A stretch of 64,000 bases of DNA from Candidatus Poribacteria bacterium (GTDB taxonomy: Bacteria; Poribacteria; WGA-4E; GCA-2687025). Of the stretch, positions 28,775 through 39,183 are shown in pieces. The translations under genes were made by a program, and so were the position numbers. Location of the stretch: the NCBI GenBank assembly GCA_963665845.2, contig OY762492.1, forward strand, positions 832,001 through 896,000, given 5' to 3'. A model generated the notes under the pieces. The model did no database searches and was not told where the DNA came from. It worked only from the letters and a program-made list of their open reading frames with translations. How positions within the stretch are numbered: the first letter of the stretch is position 1; each line of letters starts with the position of its first letter.

Positions 28775-28933
28775 GCCGTTCTCCGCGCTCTTGAGTTGCC
28801 CGCTTCTCTAATCATAACATAAAAAGGGGCGTATCGACAGCGGACGCGGCGTTTTAAGTTGGGATGCGGCGCAAAAAGCCTTTCTATTGGTAAAAAGGCT
28901 TCGATTGCAGCGCATTATTTCGCGCCATCGGTT

Positions 28934-29929
28934 TCAACTGAAACGGAGAATTTTGACGTCCGCTTGTTCAGCTTTTTCGATCTGCGGATCGGAGATGTTG
29001 TATCCTGCAACCGAAGCGAACGCCCGCTTTCCCAGTACGCGCTGTATGATGTCGGCCGATTTGGCGGCGCGTTCAATATCGTCGTCGTTGATGGTAGCGG
29101 AGATTTCAAGCGCGACCCAGACCTCATCGTGTTCGCCGTTCCATGTGAACGCCTTGAGTATAAGGTCTGTATTCCATATGCGCGCATATTCTTCCTCTGT
29201 CAAACGCCCCTCATCTTTCGCGTCATCCAGGTCCTCCATAAGATTCCTGTCCATGTCGTGCAGGACGCTCCACAAAATCGTATGGCGGCGAAGATTCCAT
29301 TTTGTGCGGAGACGCGCGCCGATTTTTTTCGGCATCATCCTTTCCAGATCGTTGCCCCAAAGATGATCCGTTCGGCTTTCCACCGCCTTTGTTCGGCTTT
29401 CTATCGCCTCTGTTCGGCTTTCCACCGCCTTTACGTGGTTTTCCACCGCCTTCAGTTGATTTTGAATCGGTAAAAGAAAGGCGCCGAGCTCCTGCAGCCG
29501 CATAAATTCCGCTTCAAGCGTTTCTATCTTGGCTAAAGCGCGGCGCATCGGCTCCCGTATCCTTGCCAACGCTTCGTTTTGCGCCGCCGATCGTACCGTC
29601 GTATACACATTTTCCGCCGCCTTAAACTCTTCCCACAGCCGCAACTTTTCATCTGGAGCAACCGCCGGGTCCAGCTTTGCGCCCGCATACGCTTCCCTCT
29701 TGACATCCATCTCCGCGCGCGCCGCTACCACCCTTGCATTTTGATCCGCCTCCGCGTTGATCATCCGATCCAGCTCGCCCGTTTCGGCTTTCTCCAAAAG
29801 CGCAGCCGTCTCTCGATCATATTCCTCGCGGGCGTTTTCTAAAGCCTTTTTAATGCGGTCAAAACGCGCTCGAAAGTCCTCCGGGTCTTCAATCAGCCAC
29901 ATGGCGCTTTCCCAGTCGTCCCGCTGCAT
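28934..29929 (-). CDS. Coiled-coil hypothetical protein with a PD-(D/E)XK-like C-terminal domain
   Basis: Helical N-terminus, KAVESRT heptads, TDLIL..VALEIS..DIERA; start set at MQRDD because the longer ORF extends into the MITE. Confidence 0.7.
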   Translation of the reverse strand: MQRDDWESAMWLIEDPEDFRARFDRIKKALENAREEYDRETAALLEKAETGELDRMINAEADQNARVVAARAEMDVKREAYAGAKLDPAVAPDEKLRLWEEFKAAENVYTTVRSAAQNEALARIREPMRRALAKIETLEAEFMRLQELGAFLLPIQNQLKAVENHVKAVESRTEAIESRTKAVESRTDHLWGNDLERMMPKKIGARLRTKWNLRRHTILWSVLHDMDRNLMEDLDDAKDEGRLTEEEYARIWNTDLILKAFTWNGEHDEVWVALEISATINDDDIERAAKSADIIQRVLGKRAFASVAGYNISDPQIEKAEQADVKILRFS

Positions 29930-29975
29930 CTTCCGCTCCAAACCCAGCCCCTTTAATAAAGTATAGCATAGAACT

Positions 29976-30143
29976 CTGACCTCACGTCTTAAGTTGGGAC
30001 ATGTCGGCATGGGAACGCGGACGTCTTCTGCAACGCCTCTAGATTCCCGCTTACGCGGGAATGACGGTTTGGTTAGCGGCGCCTTTTTCCCATGAATAGA
30101 GCGATCGTCAGTTCAAATGTCCCAACTTTCAGCATGAGGTCAG
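29976..30143. mobile_element. MITE-like element (~168 bp) with ~27-bp terminal inverted repeats and an internal family A palindrome
   Basis: CTGACCTCACGTCTTAAGTTGGGACAT ... ATGTCCCAACTTTCAGCATGAGGTCAG; TAGAAC on both sides (one extra base on the left); homologous to 56066..56232; a partial copy follows at 30149-30243. Confidence 0.8.
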
Positions 30144-30273
30144 TAGAACTGACCTTATGTCTTAGTTGGGACATGCCGGCATGACGTCTTACCGCAAAGG
30201 CGGACGTCGTTTGCGGCGCCTCTGGATTCCCGCTTGCGCGGAAGGAAGAGGAGCGCTATATTAATTATAACGT

Positions 30274-30810
30274 ATGAAAACAAAACGTCTGAAACCCAAA
30301 TCGACCGCCCTTCTGCTCATCGACGCGCAGGAGCGGATCATGCCCGCGATGCATGACCCCGTACGCGCCCTGAACGGAATGCGGGTTGCGGTTCTGGCGG
30401 CATTGAAGCTCGGTCTGCCGGTGCGCGTGACGGAGCAATACCCGAAGGGGCTTGGACGGACGATGCCGAAGCTGATCGACGCTCTCGGCGAAGCATATCA
30501 GCCCATCGAAAAAACGCGCTTCTCGGCGGGAGACGCCATGCGGGGCGTTGAAACTGAAAGCGTTCTTCTGTGCGGAATCGAAGCCCACGTGTGCGTCTTG
30601 CAGACGGCTCTAGACCTGATCGACGCGGGCTATCATGCGTTTACGCTGGTGGACGCGGTCGACTCCCGCTCACCGCAAAACAAGCGCCTCGGACTGGAGC
30701 GGATGCGCCAGAGCGGAGCTGTCCTTCTGTCGACCGAAACGGCGCTGTTTGAGCTGATGCAAGACGCGCGGCATCCGCGGTTCAAGGAGCTGCAGGGGTT
30801 GATCAAGTGA
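30274..30810 (+). CDS. Isochorismatase-family (YcaC-like) hydrolase
   Basis: IDAQER, TEQYPKGLG.T, K.RFS, GIEAHVCVLQT. Confidence 0.92.
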   Translation: MKTKRLKPKSTALLLIDAQERIMPAMHDPVRALNGMRVAVLAALKLGLPVRVTEQYPKGLGRTMPKLIDALGEAYQPIEKTRFSAGDAMRGVETESVLLCGIEAHVCVLQTALDLIDAGYHAFTLVDAVDSRSPQNKRLGLERMRQSGAVLLSTETALFELMQDARHPRFKELQGLIK

Positions 30811-30845
30811 GCGCAGGACGTTTTACCGCATGGGGCAGCGCAGGA

Positions 30846-31711
30846 TGAACCTAGACCAGTTTTACGCCTATCCGCCCGGCGCGTTTTTGCCGGGGACGCA
30901 GATCGAAATACGCGGCAAGGCTGCCGCTCTGGGAAAGGCGCGGTCGGCGCTGTTCGATTTTGACGGAACCATCTCGCTCATACGCTCCGGCTGGCAGGAT
31001 GTGATGGTTCCGATGATGGTCGAAACGCTTCAAGAAGCAAGCGGCGGCGAACCGCCCGACGCGCTGGAGCGGCTTGTCCGCGAGTTTGTCGACAAACTGA
31101 CCGGCAAGCAAACCATTTTTCAGATGATGCGCCTCGCCGAAGAGGTGAAAAAACGGGGCGGAGAACCCTTAGAGCCTCTGGAGTATAAACGCCGATATAA
31201 CGACCTGCTCATGGAGCGCATCGGAAAACGGCGCGAAGCGCTGAAAGACGGAACGGCGCGCCCAGAAGACCTGACAATGCCGCGCGCCGCCGAACTGCTG
31301 GAGCGGTTGAGAGCGCGCGGCATCTCCCTGTACCTTGCAAGCGGCACCGATTACGAGTATGTTTGCGAGGAGGCGGAGATGCTTGGCGTCGCGGACTATT
31401 TTGACGGCGGCGTCTACGCGGCGCAGGAGCGCGTCGAAGACTTTTCAAAAGCGCAGGTCATACGCCAGATGCTGCGCGAACATGCATTGAGCGGACCGGA
31501 GCTGCTCTCCTTCGGCGACGGCTATGTGGAGATACTGAACGCGAAGGAGGCCGGCGGGCTGGCGGTCGGCGTCGCCTCGGACGAGGTCGGAAAAGTGAAC
31601 GTGAACGAATGGAAACGCAACAGGCTCATACAGGCGGGCGCCGATCTGATTGTCCCGGGCTATGCGGAGATGGAGCGGATGCTGGCGTATCTACTGGACG
31701 GGGAGAGATGA
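30846..31711 (+). CDS. HAD-superfamily hydrolase
   Basis: FDFDGT, LASGT, FSK, FGDG..E; start at 30830 or 30846. Confidence 0.9.
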
Positions 31712-32739
31712 CCCCTTACCCCAAATTTGACCGTTCGCGCATTGTGTTGAAGCCGTTGAGCGAGCGGGCGCATGACCTAGACCTGTCGGCGTTGGCGGAT
31801 CTGGAAGAGCCTATCGAGACGTTGGACGCCGCGTCCGAGGCGAAGATGGAGCGGGTCGCCCGGCGGATGATTCAAGCGCGCGAGATCGGCGCCGCATCGA
31901 TGCTCATGATGGGCGCGCATGTTCTGCGGGCGGGCGTTCAGCGTCATCTGATCGACCTGATGGAGCGCGGGCTGCTGACGCATATCGCCATGAACGGCGC
32001 CGGCCCAATCCATGACTTTGAATTCGCGCTCATCGGCGCGACGACCGAGAGCGTCGCCCGGTATATCCAGACAGGAGAATTCGGGCTATGGCGCGAAACG
32101 GGGCTTATCAACGAACTCGCGGCGCAGGCGGCAAAAGAGGGCGTCGGACTCGGCGAGGCGGTCGGACGCGAGATCGCCGAGGGCGCGTATCCGCATAAAG
32201 AGATCAGCGTTCTGGCGGCGGCGTATCGGCTCGGCGTCCCGGCGACGGTTCATATCGGCGTAGGGTACGACATCATCCATGAGCATCCGAACGCGGACGG
32301 GGCGGCTCTCGGCGCGGCGTCGTATACGGATTTTTTGATTGCGGCGCGTTCGGTCGAGAACCTTGAAGGCGGCGCGCTGCTCAATTTTGGAACGGCGGTG
32401 ATGGGTCCGGAGGTGTTTTTGAAGGCGCTGGCGATGGCTCGCAACGCCGCGGCGCAGGAGGGGCGGCGCATCGAACGGTTCACAACGCTGGTATGCGACC
32501 TTCTGCCGCTGGAGGAGGATGTGTCGTCCGAAGCGCCGAAGAGCGACCCGCGCTACTATTTTCGACCGTGGAAGACGCTGCTGTCGCGCACTGTAGCGGG
32601 TCGGGGGGAAGGCGTTTACGTTCAGGGCGACCATCGGCGGACGCTGCCGGCGCTGCGGCGGGCGGTCGGCGCCGTAGAAAAAATGAACGCTTTAGGCGCA
32701 AAGGCGTCTAATAGAATAGAAAGCGGAGAAACTGCGTAA
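31708..32739 (+). CDS. Conserved hypothetical protein, deoxyhypusine-synthase-like fold (tentative)
   Basis: ATGA overlap with the HAD gene; MGAHV, AMNGAG.IHDFE, HIGVGYDIIHEHP, GTAVMGPEVFLKAL. Confidence 0.7.
   Translation: MTPYPKFDRSRIVLKPLSERAHDLDLSALADLEEPIETLDAASEAKMERVARRMIQAREIGAASMLMMGAHVLRAGVQRHLIDLMERGLLTHIAMNGAGPIHDFEFALIGATTESVARYIQTGEFGLWRETGLINELAAQAAKEGVGLGEAVGREIAEGAYPHKEISVLAAAYRLGVPATVHIGVGYDIIHEHPNADGAALGAASYTDFLIAARSVENLEGGALLNFGTAVMGPEVFLKALAMARNAAAQEGRRIERFTTLVCDLLPLEEDVSSEAPKSDPRYYFRPWKTLLSRTVAGRGEGVYVQGDHRRTLPALRRAVGAVEKMNALGAKASNRIESGETA
32684..32711 (+). promoter_or_regulatory. Putative autoregulatory ECF sigma promoter
   Basis: TGAAC-16bp-CGTCTAA, 40 bp before the ECF gene and inside the 3' end of the upstream CDS. 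Confidence 0.7.
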
Positions 32740-32750
32740 GAGAGGACGGC

Positions 32751-33344
32751 GTGGAAACCTGGGCTGAAACCATAACCGCTGAAATGACCGATTCGGAGCG
32801 GGGCGCGGCGTCGGAAACGGCGCTGGAGCTGCTCGAATTTGTGGAGAAGCGGCGCGAACGGGTGTACCGCATCGCCCGGCGAATGAGCAGCAGCCATGAG
32901 GCGGCGGACGATATTGTTCAGGAGGCGTTCCTGCGCGCGTTCCGTTCGCTGCGCCGTTTTCGACGCAACTCTTCAGTGGAGACCTGGCTGACGCGCATCG
33001 TCATCAATGTTGCAATCAGCCATTCCCGCAAGGAGAAGCGGATGTCGCAGTTTTTGGAAAGGTTTCGCGCGCGTTCCTGTCCCGACTCGCCGGCGACGCC
33101 TCTGGAGCGGCTGGAGGCGATGGAGGCTCGCGAGCAGGTTCAGGCGGCGGTCGCGGCATTGCCGGCGGGTCAACGCGCCGTCATTGTGTTGACCGAGCTG
33201 GAAGGCATGAGCTGCGTCAAGGCGGCGGAAATTTTGAAAATACCGGTCGGGACCGTGCGTTCCCGACGCCATCATGCGCGTGAAAAATTGCGCAGGCGCC
33301 TGGCTCCGTATGCGCTTGGCAAACCATGGAAAGGGCGGTCATGA
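32751..33344 (+). CDS. ECF RNA polymerase sigma factor
   Basis: AADDIVQEAF..TWL.RI.IN (sigma2); L..LEGMS..AAEIL.IPVGTVRSR (sigma4). Confidence 0.95.
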   Translation: METWAETITAEMTDSERGAASETALELLEFVEKRRERVYRIARRMSSSHEAADDIVQEAFLRAFRSLRRFRRNSSVETWLTRIVINVAISHSRKEKRMSQFLERFRARSCPDSPATPLERLEAMEAREQVQAAVAALPAGQRAVIVLTELEGMSCVKAAEILKIPVGTVRSRRHHAREKLRRRLAPYALGKPWKGRS

Positions 33345-34027
33345 ATCGAAGCGGAGAACGGTTGAATTTGTCGGCGGAGGACGCGGCGCGCATGGCGCGC
33401 ATCGCGTCGGTGTCGCCTCCTCCGCTGGGTTATCTGGAGTCGCTCCCGATGCGCGTGCTGGAGCGGTTTGAACAAGAACGGCGCGCTCGCCGGCGCCGAT
33501 ACATCGGGGCGGGATTGTCGGCGGCTCTGCTGCTGATGGGCGTTTGGATGTACGCGGATCGGTTCAACGGCGCGGAGAGCGCCGGGGAGACGACTCTTGC
33601 CGAGAACATCCCGGCGCAGATAGAGAGCCTGTCCGATGAACAGGTGAGCCGCTTGCCGGCGAAGGCGTCTCCGCGCCTCCTGGAAAGCGGCGTAAAAGAG
33701 GAGAGCGGCGGTAAAGAGCGCGCCTTGACGCATACCGAGTCGGCGCCGGCGCCGCCGCGCGCGCTGGAAGGCGCCGTCGTGAAGGGCATGGAACGCGCCA
33801 GCCCCGCCGCGGCGGAACTGAACGGCGTCGCGCCTCTAGAATGGCCGTCGGAACCGCCGGCTGCGGCGGAACGGCTGGTCGCGCTGCTGGAACGGCGCCA
33901 AGCCTCCTTCGTCCGCGGACGGCGCAGCATGCTGTTGACGCGGGACGACGACGACGACTCCTTCGCCCCGTTTAGAACGGTCGCCTCGCCGACCGACGAG
34001 GTAAGGCTTCCACAATTGAACATTTAG
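33341..34027 (+). CDS. Putative single-TM anti-sigma factor
   Basis: ATGA-coupled to the ECF gene; RRARRRR followed by one TM helix and a low-complexity extracytoplasmic tail. Confidence 0.65.
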   Translation: MNRSGERLNLSAEDAARMARIASVSPPPLGYLESLPMRVLERFEQERRARRRRYIGAGLSAALLLMGVWMYADRFNGAESAGETTLAENIPAQIESLSDEQVSRLPAKASPRLLESGVKEESGGKERALTHTESAPAPPRALEGAVVKGMERASPAAAELNGVAPLEWPSEPPAAAERLVALLERRQASFVRGRRSMLLTRDDDDDSFAPFRTVASPTDEVRLPQLNI

Positions 34028-34116
34028 CAATGGACATGGAATTTTAAGTCGAAAGAGAGTATCATACAGACAGAACGGGCGCGGTCCGTTGAACTGGAAA
34101 TGAAAGGGCATTCGCA

Positions 34117-37100
34117 ATGAACGACAAAGTTCTCGTTGGCGTTGGCATCGCGGCGCTGCTTGGCGTGCTGTTTTTTCCAAGCGGCAGTTCGCAGAAGGTG
34201 CAGACCCTCTACGAAGAGGCGGAGCAGTACTTAGTGAACGAACGCTACCCCGAAGCGATTCAAAAATATGAAGAATCGCTCGAGGAAGCGGAAAAAGGCT
34301 TCGTCAAAACCGAGGTGATCGACCCGGACTACAAGACGCTGGCAAAATACAAGATCGCCCACGCATACGCGCAGCAGGCGGAAAAAACCGGCAACGTGGC
34401 GGAATACGACAGCGCGCTGAGCATCCTGGAGGAGATCTACCAAACCGCGACGGTCAACAAGCACCGGGAAGGCATCGTCTTCCTGTGGGGGTACGTCCTC
34501 ATGAAAACGGAGCGGCTGGAGGAGGCGGAACCGAAGTTTCGGGAGCTGATCCAAAACTTCCCCGGCAGCCTGTTCCATGAAAACGCATGGTACTCCATCG
34601 GGCAGCTGAACTACGAACTGAAGGACTTCGACAAGGCGAGAGACGCCTACCGCCAGATCGTCGACAGCTTCCCGAACTCCGACTTCCGCGACGACTCCCA
34701 GTACCGCATTGCGGTGACCTACTTTGAAGACCAGAACTACGATCAGTCGTTCCGCGAATTCGACGCGATGACGCCGGAGGATTTCCAAGGCTCGCCGCTC
34801 CTGGCGGAAGCCAGCTACAAGGCGGCGTACTCGCTGCTGCAGCTGGACAGGCTTGAAGAGGCGATCGACCGGTACAACCGCTTTGTGGCGGACTATCCCG
34901 ATTCGATCTTCCGCACCGGCGCGCACTTCGACCTTGGGACGATCTACACGCGCCAGGGCGACTTCGACAACGCCATCCAGAACTACCAGCTGGCGATTGA
35001 AAACACCGACAACATGACGCTGAAAGCCGAGATTCAGTACGAAATCGGCGACAACTACATGGACGCGGAAAGGTACCTGGAAGCCGCCTCGGAGTACCAG
35101 AAGGTTGTTGAAACCTACCCCGAATCGGAGTATGTGGACGCGGCGCGTTTCGGCGTCGGGGAAGCCTACATGAGCGAGGCGGGCAACAACACCAAAGCGG
35201 GCGGCGAACCCGACACGCAGAATTTCGAACGCGCCGTTCAAGGCTACATGAGCGTCCTGAATGAGCATCCAACCTCCGACTACCGATCCCACTCCACCTA
35301 CCAGATCGCCGAAGCGAATTACGAGATGAAGCGGTACGAGGAGGCTCTCGTCTGGTTCCGTCGGACGCAGGAAGATTTCCCGGACGATCCGCTGGCTCCC
35401 CATTCCCTTTACGCCGAGCTGTGGTGCTTGAGCGAACTGGGGCGTTTTGACGAGGTGCTGACGCGCGGGCGCTCCTTCATTGACGCGAACGCCGACAACG
35501 AGGACTTTGACATTCAAGCCGCCGAGATTCAGACGAAGCTGGGCGACATTATGTTTGAGCAGAACGAGTTTCTGGTCGCCGCGGGCGAGTATGAACGCGC
35601 CGCCGCGTATCCGCACCTGCCGAAGTTTTACGCGACGCGGCTGCGCTCTCTTTACCAGATTGGCGTCTGCTACTTCCAGCACGCGGACAAGTCGGGCGAC
35701 AAGAGCTTCTTCCCCAAGGCGCTGCCGGCGCTGAATGAAGCGATCGAGAAGTTCACGGTCAAAGACCCTGACCCGGACAACACAGGCTTTAACCTGGACT
35801 ACGAATTCCCAGAGCGGATCGCCCTGGTGGAAAACTCCGTTTTGAGCAAGGCGCATGTGCATGAGAAACTTGAGCAGTGGGCGGAAGCGCGCGCCGCGTA
35901 TACGCTCATCCCGGCGCCGACCGAAGAATCGCCGAGCGAAAACTACGGCAGGGCGCAGGTGCTGTCGGCGGAAAGCTTTGAAAAAGAAGGCAATATCGAC
36001 GAGGCGATCAACCTGTACCGCGCCGTTAGCGAGAACGGCTCCCTAGACGAAACATGGCAGTCGCTCGGCGCCATCCGCTTGGCGGACCTGCTGCGCGACC
36101 AGAAGCGGTGGGCGGAAGCGGCGACAGCGTACGGAAACGTCGTGGAGCGGTACCCGTCCAGCCAGCATGCGGGCGCGTCGCAGTATCTGCAGGGCGTCAG
36201 CTTTTACTCGATTGAGCCGCGGACGGACGAGAACTTGAAAGCGTCCGTGACAGCGTTCCAAGCGGTCATCGCGCAGTGGCCGGACGATGTGAACGCCCCT
36301 GACGCGCTGTACGGCGTCGCCCTGTCGCAAAAGGCGCTGGCGGAGTCGGAAAGCGGTTCGTGGGAAGATGTGCTGGCGTCGGTCAATCAGCTGACGGAAG
36401 CGTACGGCTCGCGGACCGACGCGCGGTCGCAAAAAGCGGTCAATTCGGGCAACCTGCTGCGCGTTCTGGCGCAGGAGAACCTGGGTCAAGCCTCGGTCGA
36501 TGAGATTGTCGCGAGCTTGCGTCAGGTGGCGCAGAGCGACACGGCAGACACTCCGACGCGCGTCACGGCGCAGCTGAAGATCGGAAACCTGCTGTTTGAA
36601 AACGGGCGCTTGGAGGATGCGGTGAACGAATACCGCTCCCTCGGCGAAATGTTCCCCGACAGCGATCAGGCGCCGCTCGGACTGTACCAGGCGGCGGTGA
36701 GCGCGTTCAAGAGCGGCGAAGAGTTGAGCGAAAAAGAGGACCCGGAGGCGGCGTCCAGATACAAGCAGGCGGCGGAGTTGACAGCGCAGGCGCTGGCATA
36801 CGCCGACAAGCTGGACAACACGATGCTTGTCAAGATCAACTACACGCGCGGCTCCGCTTTACAGCAGTCGGGTCAGCCGCAGGAGGCGATACAGGCGCTC
36901 CAAGCGGTGATAGCGCTGAAGGACAGCGTCGAAGACCCGGCGCTGGTGGAAGCGGCGTACACGAAGCTGGCGCAAATGTACCGCAGCCTTGGGCAGTATC
37001 AGGAGGCGTCGGCGGAGTATGAGCGCCTTGCCGCGGCGGCGACCAATCCGCTCATTCGTCTGCAGTCGTTCATGGCGCTGGCGAACATTCTTGAGGAAAA

Positions 37101-38922
37101 TCTGAACGATTCCGCGGGCGCGCTGAGGAATTATCAAGCGGCGTCCTCTATCAAGATCGAGAGCGATTTCATCGCGCAGGCGCTCTACCGGACGGGTCTC
37201 ATTCAGGCAGACCTGGCGGCAGCCGCGAAAGGCGCCGGAGACGACGAGGCGGCGAAGACATACGCCGAGCAGGCGATCGTCACCTTTGAACGGTTAGCCT
37301 CCGATTTTGAGCGGAGCGACAACAGCCAGGTGAAACTGATGGTCGCCGACGCGGGCGTGCGTTCCTCCGACCTGTACACGCTGGCGGGGCGCGATCTGTC
37401 AGGCGCCATCGACGAAGCGCTGGCGGCGCGCGACCGCGCCGTAGAAGCGGGCGACGCGGAGCAGAAGGTTCAAGCGCAATACCAGGTGGCGAACCTGCGC
37501 AACCGTTACGCAAATCAGATCCGCTCCTCAGGCGATCCGAACGCGCAGGATGTGGTCATTCTCTCCAACGGAAACCGACGTCAGGGCTACATCGACGTCT
37601 CAAGCGGCGGCATCTACAGCAACGGGTCGCTGTCGCTGGGCGTTCTGGAAGAGGGAACCTTGAATCTGAACTTCAGCCCGATTTCCCGAAGCGATATTTC
37701 GGATGTGGAGCTGTCGTATAAGACGGCGGCGCGCCTGTCCGCGCAGGATTATCTGAAGGCGGTTGAGTTTGCGGAGCCGCTTGATGCGGCTTCCAGCCAG
37801 TCGGCGATGTTCGCGGGATACGCGCTGTATCAGGCGGGCGTCATCTCCTACTCGCTGCGCGGTCCGCGCGATCTTCCGTTGACAGTGGACGCGCTGCCGC
37901 GCTTCGTCGCGCTGGTCGACAGCGGCAAGATGGAGAAAAACGATGAGGAGCTGCAGGACGCGCTCTACTACCTCGGCGTCGCCTACTACGACCTCGCCCG
38001 GGCGAACGATATGGACCCCGCTCGGTTTGCGGAATCGGCGAAGGCGCTTCAATCGCTGGTCGACCGGTATCCGAGCCACGAGGAGGCGGGTCTGTGGCAG
38101 TATCAGGTGGGCGAAGCGCATTACGCGGCGCAGCGTTTTGACGACGCGCTGAAATCGTATATTCAGATGGCAGACCGCTATCCGAATCACGAGAGCGCGC
38201 CGGAGGCTCTTTACTCGGCCGCGGCTTGCCAGCAGCAGCTGAATCAGCCGGACGGCATGATGGCTTCGTACAGACGCCTTGTGAACAGATACTCGAACCA
38301 TAAGCGTTCGCTGGACGCCTTCATCACGCTTGCGAACCATACGTTCAACGAATCGCTGGCATTGAACGAAGCGGTACCGGAGCAGAGGGACGAGAAACTG
38401 AAGATGCTGGAAGAAGCGCTGACGATGTACCGTAAGGTGGCGGAGTCGGATCTGTCGGAACCGGCACAGGCGGGCAGGGCGAGGACCTTCGTCAAAGACA
38501 CCGAGGAGTACATCGCTTCCATTCGCATCGATCCGCTGGACGAGGCGTACGCCAGGGCGGGGCGCAACGTTGAGGCGCTCGGTCCGGCGATGGCTAATCT
38601 GGAAACGTTTGCGTCCGAGTATCCGGACACGAAGCAGGCGGTCATCGCTTGGACGCGCCTTGGAGACGGCAATATGATCATTGCGGAGGCGGCTGCGGCC
38701 GCGGGAGATACCGACCGCGAGATCGAGCATTATGAAAAAGCTCTGCAGTTTTTCATCAATGTGCGCAGGCGGTATGTGGACGCGCAGGGCGTTGAAATGA
38801 CGCCGGCGGATCCGAACATGGAACGCGCTCTGACCTACGCCAACCGAAAAATTGTGGACATTCAGCGGTATGTCCAATCGGTTCGGAAGGCGCGTGAGGC
38901 GAATTCCCCCGAATCGGAATGA
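34117..38922 (+). CDS. Giant (1601 aa) membrane-anchored tetratricopeptide-repeat protein
   Basis: N-terminal hydrophobic helix; many BamD/YbgF-type TPRs (A.Y.IG..Y..A...Y..V...YP.S). Confidence 0.95.
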   Translation: MNDKVLVGVGIAALLGVLFFPSGSSQKVQTLYEEAEQYLVNERYPEAIQKYEESLEEAEKGFVKTEVIDPDYKTLAKYKIAHAYAQQAEKTGNVAEYDSALSILEEIYQTATVNKHREGIVFLWGYVLMKTERLEEAEPKFRELIQNFPGSLFHENAWYSIGQLNYELKDFDKARDAYRQIVDSFPNSDFRDDSQYRIAVTYFEDQNYDQSFREFDAMTPEDFQGSPLLAEASYKAAYSLLQLDRLEEAIDRYNRFVADYPDSIFRTGAHFDLGTIYTRQGDFDNAIQNYQLAIENTDNMTLKAEIQYEIGDNYMDAERYLEAASEYQKVVETYPESEYVDAARFGVGEAYMSEAGNNTKAGGEPDTQNFERAVQGYMSVLNEHPTSDYRSHSTYQIAEANYEMKRYEEALVWFRRTQEDFPDDPLAPHSLYAELWCLSELGRFDEVLTRGRSFIDANADNEDFDIQAAEIQTKLGDIMFEQNEFLVAAGEYERAAAYPHLPKFYATRLRSLYQIGVCYFQHADKSGDKSFFPKALPALNEAIEKFTVKDPDPDNTGFNLDYEFPERIALVENSVLSKAHVHEKLEQWAEARAAYTLIPAPTEESPSENYGRAQVLSAESFEKEGNIDEAINLYRAVSENGSLDETWQSLGAIRLADLLRDQKRWAEAATAYGNVVERYPSSQHAGASQYLQGVSFYSIEPRTDENLKASVTAFQAVIAQWPDDVNAPDALYGVALSQKALAESESGSWEDVLASVNQLTEAYGSRTDARSQKAVNSGNLLRVLAQENLGQASVDEIVASLRQVAQSDTADTPTRVTAQLKIGNLLFENGRLEDAVNEYRSLGEMFPDSDQAPLGLYQAAVSAFKSGEELSEKEDPEAASRYKQAAELTAQALAYADKLDNTMLVKINYTRGSALQQSGQPQEAIQALQAVIALKDSVEDPALVEAAYTKLAQMYRSLGQYQEASAEYERLAAAATNPLIRLQSFMALANILEENLNDSAGALRNYQAASSIKIESDFIAQALYRTGLIQADLAAAAKGAGDDEAAKTYAEQAIVTFERLASDFERSDNSQVKLMVADAGVRSSDLYTLAGRDLSGAIDEALAARDRAVEAGDAEQKVQAQYQVANLRNRYANQIRSSGDPNAQDVVILSNGNRRQGYIDVSSGGIYSNGSLSLGVLEEGTLNLNFSPISRSDISDVELSYKTAARLSAQDYLKAVEFAEPLDAASSQSAMFAGYALYQAGVISYSLRGPRDLPLTVDALPRFVALVDSGKMEKNDEELQDALYYLGVAYYDLARANDMDPARFAESAKALQSLVDRYPSHEEAGLWQYQVGEAHYAAQRFDDALKSYIQMADRYPNHESAPEALYSAAACQQQLNQPDGMMASYRRLVNRYSNHKRSLDAFITLANHTFNESLALNEAVPEQRDEKLKMLEEALTMYRKVAESDLSEPAQAGRARTFVKDTEEYIASIRIDPLDEAYARAGRNVEALGPAMANLETFASEYPDTKQAVIAWTRLGDGNMIIAEAAAAAGDTDREIEHYEKALQFFINVRRRYVDAQGVEMTPADPNMERALTYANRKIVDIQRYVQSVRKAREANSPESE

Positions 38923-38954
38923 TCCGACCGCGCAAGCGGCAACGCATCATGAAC

Positions 38955-38992
38955 GAAAAAGGGGCGCTGTTTTGAGACGGCGCCCCTTTTTC
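38955..38992. terminator. Bidirectional intrinsic terminator
   Basis: AAAAAGGGGCGCTGT-loop-ACGGCGCCCCTTTTT between convergent genes. Confidence 0.85.
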
Positions 38993-39183
38993 ATTGACAT
39001 TTCTATAGGCGATGCGGCTAAAACCCCCCTAGCCCCCCTTTTCAAGGGGGGAATCTAGAGGCGCCGCCAACCGGATCGTCATTCCCGCGCAAGCGGGAAT
39101 CTAGAGGCGCTGCAAAAACCGTCCGCGTCCGTCCGCCGGCATGTCTCAACGCCTGCTATTTCTCTTACGCCGCAAAGGCGCGA

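Noticed and set aside
29930-30010. N-terminal extension MPTCPNLRREV of the 358-aa ORF
   Set aside because: Its start and first codons lie inside the MITE terminal repeat; similar over-extended starts were trimmed for ORFs 11415, 15353 and 23528
34231-35862. Long antisense ORFs (543 aa here; also 37600..38877, 51005..52390, 53556..54935, 62066..63301)
   Set aside because: Shadow frames of strongly supported genes in GC-rich DNA, with no recognisable motifs
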